Shown here: piece by piece, positions 8,899 through 19,753 of the stretch
How the letters are laid out: each line of letters starts with the position of its first letter
How positions within the stretch are numbered: the first letter of the stretch is position 1
Origin: a virus
Taxonomy: Duplodnaviria; Caudoviricetes
Reading direction: 5' to 3' (one strand)
Length of the DNA stretch: 57,188 nt
Virus record (IMG/VR): IMGVR_UViG_3300032236_000645
Span: 1 to 57,188 of that record
Translations under genes and position numbers: made by a program
The notes under the pieces: generated by a model
The model's input: only the letters and a program-made list of their open reading frames with translations
What the model was told of the DNA's origin: nothing
The model's database searches: none

Positions 8899-9797
8899 TA
8901 CAAATTTTACTAACATTCCTTGCAGCATTTTTGTTGTCAGGTATTGCGGCCTACTATTCTGTAGTAGGTCTTACTTCAATATTTGTGGGTGCTTATTGGT
9001 CTGTTGTTATTATGGGTTCGTCATTGGAATTTGCCAAGTTGGTAACTGCTTCTTGGTTATATCGTAATTGGAAGACTGCACCTTGGACATTGAAATCATA
9101 TTTAACCACTGCTGTGTTATTACTAATGTTAATCACATCAATGGGTATATTTGGTTTCTTGTCTAAGTCTCATATCGATTCCACATTAAATGCTGGAGTT
9201 AATACTGTTGAGTTGAATACACTAACACAACAAGAAACAATCTTAAAAGATAAATTAGATTACTTGTTGAAACGAGCTAAAGACCCATCAACAGCGTCCA
9301 ATAAATTGGATAAACAAATCCAAACAACACAGAAACAACTATCTGATGTCAATGAAAAGAAGATGCCATTACTTAAAGAAAGTAATAAGTTATCGGCAGA
9401 CATTGGACCAATCAAATATGTTGCTGATATGTTTTATGGTAAAGATGAAAATGGTGTAGATAAAGCAGTAAGAATGGTAATAATGTTAATTATGCTTGTC
9501 TTCGACCCATTAGCTGTGTTATTATTGATAGCAGGTAATATCTCATTGGAGAAAAGGAATGATGAAACACAAAATGAGGAGTTGGTTATTCGAGGCAATA
9601 TGCAAACACCGCCACAGGAGAGAGCAGTGGCCACTTCAAGTATGGAGAAGGTTCAACGCCCAAGTGAAGAAACAAATGAGAACATGGAAAAAAGGACGAT
9701 TAGTATCAGTAAAGAGAACATCGCTGAGGTTTCCAACCCAGAGGTAGAAGAAACGCATCACGCTGAAGGATTATTTACAACACAACAAAAAGGATGA
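8895..9797 (+). CDS. Multi-TM membrane protein with coiled coil
   Basis: 3 N-terminal TMs, coiled coil, further TM (FDPLAV). Confidence 0.75.
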   Translation: MIQILLTFLAAFLLSGIAAYYSVVGLTSIFVGAYWSVVIMGSSLEFAKLVTASWLYRNWKTAPWTLKSYLTTAVLLLMLITSMGIFGFLSKSHIDSTLNAGVNTVELNTLTQQETILKDKLDYLLKRAKDPSTASNKLDKQIQTTQKQLSDVNEKKMPLLKESNKLSADIGPIKYVADMFYGKDENGVDKAVRMVIMLIMLVFDPLAVLLLIAGNISLEKRNDETQNEELVIRGNMQTPPQERAVATSSMEKVQRPSEETNENMEKRTISISKENIAEVSNPEVEETHHAEGLFTTQQKG

Positions 9798-10054
9798 TTA
9801 TGAAAGTATTGAAGTTTTATGCAACTTGGTGTGCACCTTGTAAAGGTTTATCAATGGTAGTTGAAGGCATCAAAGACCAAGTAGAAGTGCCATTTGAAGA
9901 TGTTAATATTGAAGAGCAAATGGAGTTAGCCGCCAAGTATGGTATTCGTTCTGTCCCTACTATGGTCATTGTCGATGAAGATGGAAAAGAAATCAAAAGA
10001 CAGTCCGGTATGTTAAATGAGGAACAACTATTAGCATTTATTGATGTGGAGTAA
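9794..10054 (+). CDS. Thioredoxin
   Basis: FYATWCAPCK, IRSVPT. Confidence 0.92.
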   Translation: MIMKVLKFYATWCAPCKGLSMVVEGIKDQVEVPFEDVNIEEQMELAAKYGIRSVPTMVIVDEDGKEIKRQSGMLNEEQLLAFIDVE

Positions 10055-10056
10055 TT

Positions 10057-11121
10057 ATGGGTATTTTAGATAAGATTAAGAAAAACAGTAGTATCAAAGA
10101 GTCAGCAGTATTGACCGACTCTAAATTCTTTACAGATAAGGATATGATTCCAACTTCTGTGCCAATCATCAACGTTGCTTTGTCAGGTCGCCTTGATGGC
10201 GGATTAACACCAGGACTTACCATGTGGGCAGGTCCTTCAAAGCACTTCAAGACAGCATTTAGTTTGTTAATGGCTAAGTCATATTTGGACCAATATCCAG
10301 AATCAGCATTGTTATTCTACGATTCAGAATTTGGTACTCCACAGGCTTATTTTGATTCATTTGGTATTGACACCGACCGTGTGTTACATACACCAATCAC
10401 AGACATTGAACAACTTAAGTTTGATGTTATGCAACAAATCACAAACCTCGAACGTAATGATAAATTGATTATCGTTATCGATTCTATTGGTAATTTGGCT
10501 TCTAAGAAAGAAGTTGATGATGCCTTGGAAGGTAAATCTGTTGCTGATATGTCAAGAGCAAAACAAATCAAGTCATTGTTCCGTATGGTAACTCCACACT
10601 TGACAATGAAAGATATTCCAATGGTTGTGGTTAATCATACTTACAAAACTATGGAAATGTATTCTAAAGATGTAGTTGGCGGAGGTACAGGTTCTTATTA
10701 TTCTGCTGACAATATCTTTATTCTAGGTCGTCAACAAGAGAAAGAAGGGACTGATGTTGTTGGATATAACTTTATCATCAACGTTGAAAAGTCAAGGTAT
10801 GTTAAAGAGAAGTCTAAGATTCCTGTTACAGTGTTGCAGAAGTCTGGTATTAGTAAGTGGTCTGGTTTGTTGGATATTGCTTTGGAATCTGGTCATGTTA
10901 TTAAGCCATCCAATGGTTGGTACCAACGAGTTGACACGACTACGGGTGAAATTGAAGAAAAGAAATGGCGAATTAAAGATACTGATAGCAAAGATTTTTG
11001 GACTCAAGTCCTAGATGATAAAACTTTCCAACAATTTATTATTAACAAATATTCTGTTGGTCTGGGTGACATTATCCAAGATGAAGAAATTGCCGAGGTA
11101 TTTGGAGATAAAGATGAGTAA
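10057..11121 (+). CDS. uvsX: RecA-like recombinase UvsX
   Basis: GPSKHFKT Walker A, YDSEFG, DSIGNLAS. Confidence 0.96.
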   Translation: MGILDKIKKNSSIKESAVLTDSKFFTDKDMIPTSVPIINVALSGRLDGGLTPGLTMWAGPSKHFKTAFSLLMAKSYLDQYPESALLFYDSEFGTPQAYFDSFGIDTDRVLHTPITDIEQLKFDVMQQITNLERNDKLIIVIDSIGNLASKKEVDDALEGKSVADMSRAKQIKSLFRMVTPHLTMKDIPMVVVNHTYKTMEMYSKDVVGGGTGSYYSADNIFILGRQQEKEGTDVVGYNFIINVEKSRYVKEKSKIPVTVLQKSGISKWSGLLDIALESGHVIKPSNGWYQRVDTTTGEIEEKKWRIKDTDSKDFWTQVLDDKTFQQFIINKYSVGLGDIIQDEEIAEVFGDKDE

Positions 11122-11440
11122 GTTTGTTCAAGGTGTTGATTATGAATATGTTGTAGATGATAAAGATGTAAATTCTGTCCATATTAAATTGATGACTGGT
11201 GAATATGCCGGTACAACTTTTAAGTATGGAAAAGTAGGCATTGACGAAAGGGATGGAAAAGCCTATTTACAATTCAACTTTGATGTGATACAATCACCTA
11301 TCAAAAAGTTAGAAAAAATGTTGGAATTTAGAAATCACATCGGTGATTTATTAACCGAAATTATTAGCAGTCAACTTGATATTGAAGAGAGTTATATTGA
11401 TGAGAACCGAACAGACGATCCTGAAGAATCTGATATTTAA
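11114..11440 (+). CDS. gp40-like head vertex assembly chaperone
   Basis: Lies between uvsX and 41 as in T4; start at MSKFV after GGAG. Confidence 0.55.
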   Translation: MSKFVQGVDYEYVVDDKDVNSVHIKLMTGEYAGTTFKYGKVGIDERDGKAYLQFNFDVIQSPIKKLEKMLEFRNHIGDLLTEIISSQLDIEESYIDENRTDDPEESDI

Positions 11441-12791
11441 TGAAGATTATTCCAGAAAAGTTCTGCCATTCGTAAAGCCTGAGTATTTTTCAGACAGAAC
11501 CGAAAGACTCATTTACAAAGAAGTTAACGACTTTATTTTAAAGTATAATGCGTTACCAACTTTTGAGTCTTTGGTTATTTCTGTCAAAGATAAGAACGGA
11601 CTACAAGAACAAGAGGTCAAGAATTATGTTGACTATCTTGGTGAAATTAACAAAGATAAATCTGAAACATCCAATATGGAATGGTTACTTGACACAACTG
11701 AAAAGTTCTGCCAAGAGAAAGCAATCTACAATGCTGTTTTGGATTCTATTCAAATCCTAGATGGGAAAGATAAACAAGGCCATGATAAAGGTGCAATCCC
11801 TCAAATATTATCTGATGCTCTTGCTGTTACCTTTGACACGAATGTTGGGCATGATTATCTACAGGATTCCGACTCACGTTATGATTTTTATCATCGTAAG
11901 GAAGAACGAATTCCCTTCGACTTGGACTATTTTAATAAAATTACTAAGGGTGGCCTCCCAGCAAAAACACTTAATATTGCGTTGGCTGGTACGGGAGTTG
12001 GTAAGAGTCTTTTTATGTGCCATGTTGCCGCTGGTGCTATGGTACAAGGTAAAAATGTATTGTACATCACATTGGAAATGGCTGAAGAAAAGATAGCAGA
12101 ACGTATTGATGCTAATTTGTTGAATGTTAACCTTGATGACTTGATGAACTTACCTAAAGACATCTATGACAAGAAAGTTGCCCGTGTCAAGGATATGTGT
12201 ACCGGTAAATTGATTATCAAAGAATATCCAACGGCATCTGCTTCAGTATCTCACTTTAGGGCTTTATTAAATGAACTTAATCTTAAACGTAATTTTCTGC
12301 CTGATATTATCTTTATTGATTATCTTAATATCTGTTCTTCATCTAGGCTTAAAGTTGGTTCGAATGTTAACACCTATTCGTACATTAAATCAATCGCTGA
12401 AGAAATTCGAGGACTCGCTGTTGAATTCAATGTTCCTATTGTTTCTGCTACACAAACAACCAGAAGCGGTTTTACGAGTTCCGATCCAGGACTTGAAGAC
12501 ACTAGTGAATCCTTTGGACTCCCAGCCACCGCAGACTTGATGTTTGCTTTGGTTTCTTCTGAGGAACTTGAAGCACTTGGTCAGATTATGGTTAAACAAT
12601 TGAAGAACCGATATAATGACCCAACATATCTAAAACGATTTGTTATGGGTGTTGACAGAGCTAAGATGAAGCTATATGATGTAGAACAATCAGCACAAAG
12701 TCTATCGGATTCTGGCCAAGATAAACCTCTGAACTCATTTGGTAATAACGAGAAGCACGATAAACAGAAGTTTTCTGGTTTCAAAGTATGA
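11400..12791 (+). CDS. 41: Replicative DnaB-like helicase gp41
   Basis: AGTGVGKS, IDYLNI, SATQTTR, SESFGLPATAD, KQLKNRY. Confidence 0.96.
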   Translation: MRTEQTILKNLIFNEDYSRKVLPFVKPEYFSDRTERLIYKEVNDFILKYNALPTFESLVISVKDKNGLQEQEVKNYVDYLGEINKDKSETSNMEWLLDTTEKFCQEKAIYNAVLDSIQILDGKDKQGHDKGAIPQILSDALAVTFDTNVGHDYLQDSDSRYDFYHRKEERIPFDLDYFNKITKGGLPAKTLNIALAGTGVGKSLFMCHVAAGAMVQGKNVLYITLEMAEEKIAERIDANLLNVNLDDLMNLPKDIYDKKVARVKDMCTGKLIIKEYPTASASVSHFRALLNELNLKRNFLPDIIFIDYLNICSSSRLKVGSNVNTYSYIKSIAEEIRGLAVEFNVPIVSATQTTRSGFTSSDPGLEDTSESFGLPATADLMFALVSSEELEALGQIMVKQLKNRYNDPTYLKRFVMGVDRAKMKLYDVEQSAQSLSDSGQDKPLNSFGNNEKHDKQKFSGFKV

Positions 12792-13195
12792 TGATAAACA
12801 TAATTATTACAGGCACAAAGTCGGAGAAGTTAAAAACTATTCTGACTGAAGCCTGTATGTTTTATTTGAAGCAACTTGGATTTCGTAAACGAAAAAGAGT
12901 CTTGGAGATTTTCATAAACATAGGACACTTTGATGAATATGGTCTATGTGAATTTAATGATGACTTTTATTGGCCAGAAATTGCCATACAAATCAATAGA
13001 GATTATGGCCATGAAGAAATGTTAAAAACATTGGCACATGAAATAGTCCATGCTAAACAGTATTTAAGAAAAGAATTAAAACAAATTGGCAAACAGTTAT
13101 ATTGGATGGGTAAACCATCCGATAATGAAGAATGGGAAACTGAAGCTTACATCCGTGAAGAACGATTATATGGTGAATATTTAAAATGGAAATAA
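12788..13195 (+). CDS. Zincin-like metallopeptidase
   Basis: LAHEIVH HExxH and downstream WE.EAY. Confidence 0.7.
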   Translation: MMINIIITGTKSEKLKTILTEACMFYLKQLGFRKRKRVLEIFINIGHFDEYGLCEFNDDFYWPEIAIQINRDYGHEEMLKTLAHEIVHAKQYLRKELKQIGKQLYWMGKPSDNEEWETEAYIREERLYGEYLKWK

Positions 13196-14295
13196 CAAAA
13201 GAAGATGCACTTTATGTATCTAAGGCTTTCGGTGATTACTTTAATGACTTTGAAAGCATTGAACAATACATGCGAGATGAAAAACTAAAGTCATTAGAGG
13301 ATTTACCTCAAACATTATTTCCATTGGAAGATGATTTGTTTTCAGATTTCTCAATGCACCCAAATGACATGGACTTAGAAGTGTGTGAGATTCCAGGTGA
13401 ACAATGGGAAACATTGATGAAGATTACCTCTTCACATATCAATAAAGCACCAGTTGGTCGTAATATCCAATTGGCAGTCCGAGAAAAGAACACTAAAAAG
13501 ATTGTTGGTTTTATCCGTCTAGGTTCTCCAGTCATTTACATGAAACCACGTAATGATATGATGGGCCAAGTTTGGATTCAGAATCCAATTTCAGCTAAAC
13601 GATTTAATGAATCTACTATTATGGGATTCGTTATCGTTCCATCACAACCATTTGGTTTCAATTATCTTGGTGGTAAATTGTTGGCTGCCATTTGCACTTC
13701 ACATGAAGTCCGTGAAATCTGTAATAAGAAATACGGAATGAATCTATGTCTATTTGAAACAACCAGTTTGTATGGTTCATCTAAGACAGTTTCCCAATAT
13801 GATGGCATGAAACCTTTAATTAGATTTAAAGGTCTAACCGACTCAGACTTTGTACCAATGATGCACGGTGACAGATATTGGGCTCTGAAGAAATACTTAG
13901 AAGATAGATATGGTGATTTGTTGGAAGGTGAAGATTCATCAACTAGTCGTAAACTGAGAACATTCACCAAGATGATGGCTTTGACAAAGGCTGCTTTAAA
14001 AGGTTCACCAGATGGTGTGGAATTCACCACAACGATTGAAAAGGCCAAATCACTAACAGAACAAAAGCGATACTTTGTTTCTGATTATGGATACAAAAAC
14101 ATGGTCGACTACATGATTGGTAAAGATGATGTTTTGGTGCCAGGTGAGAACTATGAGAAACATAAATTGGAAAATATTGTGGCATGGTGGAAAAACAAGG
14201 CATCTAATCGATATGATAGTCTAAAAGCGGATGGTCGATTGAGAAATGAATTGGAAGTTTGGAACAACAATAAAGACATCCAGATAATTAGATAA
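13186..14295 (+). CDS. DUF4338/DruA-like protein
   Basis: GFIRLGSP, QPFGFNYLGGKLLA, TTSLYG motifs recalled for this family. Confidence 0.6.
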   Translation: MEITKEDALYVSKAFGDYFNDFESIEQYMRDEKLKSLEDLPQTLFPLEDDLFSDFSMHPNDMDLEVCEIPGEQWETLMKITSSHINKAPVGRNIQLAVREKNTKKIVGFIRLGSPVIYMKPRNDMMGQVWIQNPISAKRFNESTIMGFVIVPSQPFGFNYLGGKLLAAICTSHEVREICNKKYGMNLCLFETTSLYGSSKTVSQYDGMKPLIRFKGLTDSDFVPMMHGDRYWALKKYLEDRYGDLLEGEDSSTSRKLRTFTKMMALTKAALKGSPDGVEFTTTIEKAKSLTEQKRYFVSDYGYKNMVDYMIGKDDVLVPGENYEKHKLENIVAWWKNKASNRYDSLKADGRLRNELEVWNNNKDIQIIR

Positions 14296-14316
14296 ATACT
14301 TTTATTTGAGAATAAT

Positions 14317-15474
14317 ATGGCAACAAAACCTAGTGCTTCACAACTTACTGAAATGCAAGAAAAAACATCCGCCTGGATTTTCGACCAAGCTTTAAATTAC
14401 AATCGAAAATACAAAAGTGCTGAGGATATTATCAGTGATGATAAATTCAAAAAAGAAATTATAGGTACAACAAGCAAAAAAGGAATTTACCCTTACGTTG
14501 ATTTGTTGTGGATTAATAGTTTTTATAAACAGCAAAAACGATTCTTGGATGAATTCTCGGATGCTAAATTTAAAGAATTTAGCGTCAAAGGTGGGTTTAT
14601 GGATTTTGTATCTAAATTAGTAAATCAAAAGTATGGAATTTCTAAAAAAGATGCTTGGAATCCTGCGGATGTTTGGTGTGTGCAAAATGAGTCACAGGTT
14701 GTTAAACAGGTAAAAGATGCAATTGAGAATAACAATAATGTTGAAGAATTGAATGCTATATTACGAACTTTATTTAAAGAAAGAAAAGTTGTTGGCATTT
14801 CATTAAAATTAGTGGATAAACGAGTTGATGTGGCTAGATATCAGGAAGTTAACATTAAAGAAGGTATTTTATTTCCTAGTGGTAAACATCCATCATTTAT
14901 TATTTCAGAAACAACCTGTGATTTGAAAACTAGAAGTGATGGTTTATTCAAAGCCAATGATACTAGAATATATTTCACAGTTAATTATACAAAAGAAAAA
15001 GTACCTTACGCTCTAACTGTTCGAACTACTGGAAGAACTTATAGACCGGGTAATCTTCAATACAGTTTTAGTGAAGAAGGTGCAGCTGCTCAGATTGGTA
15101 AAGCGCCAGTTAATTTAGTAGAAAAAGCTGCTAAGAATTATAATATTAATTTGAATAATAAATGGCAGAATTATCCATCTTCTATTGTTGAATTTAATTC
15201 GCAAGAGAAAAAGTATAGAGATATGTTTGATAAAATTAAAACTAAAGTAGACACTAATGGTGTAACTGATAGTGATGACTTCGTTATGTCTATTTCTAAG
15301 ATGTTTTTAGATCCAATGAATTATGGAACAGCTAACTCAAAATTAATGCAAATTGAATTTTTATATCAATTAACTTCTTTATCTAAAAAAGATTTTGAAG
15401 GTTTTATAACAGATTTATTTTTCTTGGCTGAAAAACGTGGTAAAGGATTTGGTCCTTTTGGTAAATTATATTAA
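14317..15474 (+). CDS. Hypothetical protein, possible PD-(D/E)xK nuclease
   Basis: WNPADVW...GISLK motif; GATAAATA late-promoter-like box upstream. Confidence 0.5.
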   Translation: MATKPSASQLTEMQEKTSAWIFDQALNYNRKYKSAEDIISDDKFKKEIIGTTSKKGIYPYVDLLWINSFYKQQKRFLDEFSDAKFKEFSVKGGFMDFVSKLVNQKYGISKKDAWNPADVWCVQNESQVVKQVKDAIENNNNVEELNAILRTLFKERKVVGISLKLVDKRVDVARYQEVNIKEGILFPSGKHPSFIISETTCDLKTRSDGLFKANDTRIYFTVNYTKEKVPYALTVRTTGRTYRPGNLQYSFSEEGAAAQIGKAPVNLVEKAAKNYNINLNNKWQNYPSSIVEFNSQEKKYRDMFDKIKTKVDTNGVTDSDDFVMSISKMFLDPMNYGTANSKLMQIEFLYQLTSLSKKDFEGFITDLFFLAEKRGKGFGPFGKLY

Positions 15475-15485
15475 GGTGAAATATT

Positions 15486-15770
15486 ATGGCACTAACACTT
15501 GACGCTCAAAACATATTAAAACAATATCAAAATGCTGAGGATGATTTTGGATTCTCAGCAGTATCAGAAGAAGAATACAATTCAGTTATCAGTAAAAGTG
15601 CTGAGACCGCTGATGATTATAAAACTAGATTGGAAGAAGTTGAGAAATTAATCATTCCATTTCTACAAAAACTTTATGCTACATCCGATAAAGAATACAT
15701 CTATTGGCCCAATCGTAAACCTGTTATAGAAAACCAACTAAATAAAATATTGAAATTGACACGTGGATAG
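15486..15770 (+). CDS. Conserved T4-like hypothetical protein
   Basis: DFGFSAV..., KEYIYWPNR; AAGGTG RBS. Confidence 0.7.
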   Translation: MALTLDAQNILKQYQNAEDDFGFSAVSEEEYNSVISKSAETADDYKTRLEEVEKLIIPFLQKLYATSDKEYIYWPNRKPVIENQLNKILKLTRG

Positions 15771-15773
15771 ATT

Positions 15774-16442
15774 ATGTATATTTTTGTTATTACTTCAACA
15801 CTCAATCCTAAGATTGGGCTGTTAAGTCCTGAAGTTCGATATGAACAAACTCTCAATACCATTAAGTCTATTAGAGAAAAGGCTAATGGGTCACTTATAT
15901 TATTAGTGGATTCTTCTCCACAACCTGTTGAACAAACATACATCGATGATATTAAATCTAAAGTGGATTACTTTATCACACTATCAAATCATACACATGC
16001 CATTGAATTGGGAAATGCAGGCCTAAAAAGTCCTGCTGAATGTTATGTGATGGTGATTGCTTTAGATATTATTCGTAATTTGGCTTTGCCAGATATTAAG
16101 AGGGTGTTTAAGATTACGGGTCGTGGTGAATTAACCGATAGGTTCAACATTGAAGATTATGACAATCCTGAAATGAACGGTAAATACGTTTTCAAAGCAA
16201 GTGTGGAATCTTGGATGGCAAGACAATTGAGATTGGTTGATACTAGACTTTGGTCGTTTGATTATAAGATGTTTGAAGAAGTGAATCAATTAGTTAGAGA
16301 TGCCTATTCTGATTGTATGGCAACTCGTATGGATTTAGAGCATACATATTATAAACTGATTGATAAACAGAAACTTTTTGAGAAAGATGTTATTGGTATG
16401 AAATGCCAGTTAGCATCTGATGGAGTAATTATTGATGAATAA
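15774..16442 (+). CDS. Glycosyltransferase-like protein
   Basis: R.EQT..TI.SI, LVDSS, FKITGR; first gene of the sugar cluster. Confidence 0.5.
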   Translation: MYIFVITSTLNPKIGLLSPEVRYEQTLNTIKSIREKANGSLILLVDSSPQPVEQTYIDDIKSKVDYFITLSNHTHAIELGNAGLKSPAECYVMVIALDIIRNLALPDIKRVFKITGRGELTDRFNIEDYDNPEMNGKYVFKASVESWMARQLRLVDTRLWSFDYKMFEEVNQLVRDAYSDCMATRMDLEHTYYKLIDKQKLFEKDVIGMKCQLASDGVIIDE

Positions 16443-17157
16443 CCCGTTAGTCACTATTATCACACCGACAATCGGCACCAAACATCTACAACAAGTTGTG
16501 GATTCTGTAGCAAAACAAACTTATAAAAATGTTCAACATTTAGTTGTTGTTGATGGTAAAGAACACCGTAAAAAAGCAGAACAACAAATTCACCATAATG
16601 TTGATGTTATGGTTTTACCATACAACACTGGATTTGACCAATATAATGGTCATAGAATTTATGGCGCTTCTACTTTTTTAGCAAAAGGTGATTATATTAT
16701 TTTCTTAGATGAAGATAATTGGTTGGAACCAAGACACGTTGAATCTCTAGTAGATTCTATTGGAGATAATGCGTGGGCCTACTCCTTACGTAAGATAGTT
16801 GATTCAGAAGGCAAATATGTATGTAATGATGATTGTGAATCGCTAGGCAACTGGCCGTCAATTCTAAATGACTATTTTGTTGATGTTAATTGTTATATGC
16901 TTCGAAAAGATATGGCTCTAAACTTTGCGCCAGGTTGGTATCGTAGAGCTAGACATCCACAAGAGCAACCAGAAGTTGACCGTCTATTAAGTCAATGGTT
17001 AAGACAGAATAATTTCAAAGCAAATTGCACTGGATTGTATTCAGTGAATTATAGAGTGGCCAGCCGAGCGGACTCAGTAACAGGTGAGTTTTTCTTAAAA
17101 GGTAATGAATATATGAGTCAAAGAATGAACGGAGATTGTCCATGGCGAAAGATTTAA
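16435..17157 (+). CDS. GT2 family glycosyltransferase
   Basis: VTIITPT, VVVDG, FLDEDN. Confidence 0.85.
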   Translation: MNNPLVTIITPTIGTKHLQQVVDSVAKQTYKNVQHLVVVDGKEHRKKAEQQIHHNVDVMVLPYNTGFDQYNGHRIYGASTFLAKGDYIIFLDEDNWLEPRHVESLVDSIGDNAWAYSLRKIVDSEGKYVCNDDCESLGNWPSILNDYFVDVNCYMLRKDMALNFAPGWYRRARHPQEQPEVDRLLSQWLRQNNFKANCTGLYSVNYRVASRADSVTGEFFLKGNEYMSQRMNGDCPWRKI

Positions 17158-18020
17158 TTATTGGTGTATTTTCAAACTATGGTTATGATGATGTTAAACC
17201 GTGGGTAAAATCTGCTAAAGATTGTGGGTTTGAGGGTGATGTTGTTTTAATTGCTATCAATGCCTCAGAAGAAACATGTAAAAAAATTGAAGATGATGGT
17301 GTAATAGTTATTCAAGCCGACAAACGTGGAAACTCCATGATACATATGGAACGATTCATTCACATTTATAATTACCTATCAGAACATCAAGGTGAATATA
17401 ATTGGGTAATCTCAACTGATGTGCGGGATGTTGTGTTTCAAAAGAACCCATCTGAATGGTTAGAATTGATGCCAAGTGAAGTCATATCGTCAGGTGAAGC
17501 CATTCGTATTAAAGATGAACAATGGAATAGAGATAACATCATTAAGAACTTTGGTTGGACTTTCTATGAAGATATCAAAAATAATATTGTCCAATGTGTT
17601 GGTGTTTTAGCTGGTACATCAACCTACATGAAAGATTTAGCTTTTTACATTTATCAAATGTCATTGAATCGTCCAGATTGGGTTGCTGACCAAGCGGCAT
17701 ACAATATGATTATCCATAATTCTCCTTGGAAACAATTAACTCTACACACCGATTTAGCTCATGCTTGGGCTATCAATGGTCATGTTACTAACTATGAACC
17801 AGATATGGCCAAATTTGGACCTTACTTATTAGAAGGTCGGCCATATGTTGACAATAATCAAATTGTAAATGAAAATGGTGAACCATTCTATATTGTACAT
17901 CAATATGACCGAGTAAGAGAATGGAAAAAGATAGTGGAAGAAAAATATGGTGTGAAGATTAAATCTCAATATACACCAGATATAGATAATAGTATGATTA
18001 TAATTAATACAGGAGTTTAA
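17142..18020 (+). CDS. GT-A fold nucleotide-sugar transferase-like protein
   Basis: TDVRDVVFQ, DQAAYN, IVHQYDR. Confidence 0.7.
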   Translation: MAKDLIIGVFSNYGYDDVKPWVKSAKDCGFEGDVVLIAINASEETCKKIEDDGVIVIQADKRGNSMIHMERFIHIYNYLSEHQGEYNWVISTDVRDVVFQKNPSEWLELMPSEVISSGEAIRIKDEQWNRDNIIKNFGWTFYEDIKNNIVQCVGVLAGTSTYMKDLAFYIYQMSLNRPDWVADQAAYNMIIHNSPWKQLTLHTDLAHAWAINGHVTNYEPDMAKFGPYLLEGRPYVDNNQIVNENGEPFYIVHQYDRVREWKKIVEEKYGVKIKSQYTPDIDNSMIIINTGV

Positions 18021-18021
18021 T

Positions 18022-18912
18022 ATGAAGTGTTTAGTTACCGGCGGTGCTGGTTTTATTGGTTCAAATCTAGTTGACAAGTTGGTTGAACTAGAGTATGATG
18101 TCTCTGTGATTGATGATGAATCGGCAACGGCTCACGAACATTTCTATTATAATCCAAAAGTAAAGTATTACAAATATAGTATTTGCGACTATACTAATAC
18201 TCGACCATTGTATGATGGTGTTGATTATGTTTTTCATTTGGCAGCCGAATCTCGTATTCAACCTTGTGTAGAAAACCCATTGATGGCGGTTCATACGAAT
18301 ACCATGGGAACTACACAAGTATTACAATGCTCACGTGAAGCTGGTGTTAAACGTGTTATGTATTCATCTACTTCATCTGCCTATGGATTGAGTAACACAC
18401 CGCCTTTGAAAGAGAATATGGTTGAAGATTGTTTGAATCCATATTCAGTATCTAAAGTGGCCGGTGAGAAAATGTGTAAGATGTATACAGACCTATTTGG
18501 CCTTGAAACAATTACATTCCGTTACTTTAACGTATATGGTCCAAGACAACCACTAAAGGGTCAGTATGCACCTGTTATCGGTCTATTCTTACGCCAATGG
18601 CATGATGGACAACCATTGACGATTGTAGGTGATGGTGGACAAAGACGAGATTTCACCCATGTTAATGATGTAGTTGAAGCTAACATTATGTGTATGACTA
18701 ATGGTGTTCCTGGTGAAGTATATAACGTTGGCACCGGTGTTAATCTATCAGTTAAAGAGTTGGCTCACATGATTTCAAATGAAATTCAATTCATTGAACC
18801 AAGACCAGGTGAAGCAAGAATCTCATTAGCAAATAGTGACAAGTTAAAATCATTAGGATGGAATCCTTCTGTTAAACTAGAAGATTATATTAAGGAACAA
18901 TTGAATGGGTAA
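18022..18912 (+). CDS. NAD-dependent nucleotide-sugar epimerase/dehydratase
   Basis: TGGAGFIG, YSVSK, RYFNVYGP, RDFTHV. Confidence 0.93.
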   Translation: MKCLVTGGAGFIGSNLVDKLVELEYDVSVIDDESATAHEHFYYNPKVKYYKYSICDYTNTRPLYDGVDYVFHLAAESRIQPCVENPLMAVHTNTMGTTQVLQCSREAGVKRVMYSSTSSAYGLSNTPPLKENMVEDCLNPYSVSKVAGEKMCKMYTDLFGLETITFRYFNVYGPRQPLKGQYAPVIGLFLRQWHDGQPLTIVGDGGQRRDFTHVNDVVEANIMCMTNGVPGEVYNVGTGVNLSVKELAHMISNEIQFIEPRPGEARISLANSDKLKSLGWNPSVKLEDYIKEQLNG

Positions 18913-19717
18913 TATTTCTATTGTAACGGCTTTCTTTGATATTGGCCGTGAAACATGGACACAAGATAAAGGTCTACCACATTATTTGTATAGACCTCTT
19001 CAAACTTACTTTGACCGTTTTGCCAATATGGCACAACTTGATAATGAGATGACCATATTTACCACAAAAGACTTAGTGGATAAAGTATGGGAATACCGCA
19101 AAGGTAAAGAAGATAAGACTAATGTTGTTGAAGTGGATTATGTAGATGAATTCAAAGAATTACGTCTAGCTATTGCTTCAGTGCAAACTAATCCTGAATA
19201 TCAAAAACTGATTAATCCAAATCAAGTTCGTAATCCAGAATATTGGTCTCCGGATTATGTTTTGGTTAATACATTAAAATCTCATTTTGTTAATCGTGCT
19301 ATCACTAACAAATTTGCCACTAAAGATTTGGTATCATGGGTTGATTTTGGTTATTGTCGTAATGTGGAAGAGTTTATCAAAGGCACTGAATGGAACTATG
19401 ACTTTGATACTGATAAAATGACTATGTTTAGATTAAAAGAATTTGACCAATCTAAAACTATTTTAGACCTTATTGCTAATAATGATGTACATATGACTGG
19501 TGGTGCTATTGTTGGTGGTAAAACAGTATGGCCTTTATTCGACCAACTCATTCAACATTCATTCACAGAACTACATAAAAACAATTTAGTTGATGATGAC
19601 CAAACATTATTGTTAATGGCATCATTACTTAAACCTGAATTATTTAAAATATACGATGTTACACATGGAGAAGACTGGTTAAGACATAATTCGGTTTTTA
19701 ATAAATATAATACATAA
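18905..19717 (+). CDS. HtrL/YibB (WlaTC-like) glycosyltransferase-related protein
   Basis: IVTAFFDIGR, NPEYW..DY, WVDFG, DDDQ. Confidence 0.8.
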   Translation: MGNISIVTAFFDIGRETWTQDKGLPHYLYRPLQTYFDRFANMAQLDNEMTIFTTKDLVDKVWEYRKGKEDKTNVVEVDYVDEFKELRLAIASVQTNPEYQKLINPNQVRNPEYWSPDYVLVNTLKSHFVNRAITNKFATKDLVSWVDFGYCRNVEEFIKGTEWNYDFDTDKMTMFRLKEFDQSKTILDLIANNDVHMTGGAIVGGKTVWPLFDQLIQHSFTELHKNNLVDDDQTLLLMASLLKPELFKIYDVTHGEDWLRHNSVFNKYNT

Positions 19718-19753
19718 ATAAGTAATATTACGACCACAGAGCGTTGTTAACCT

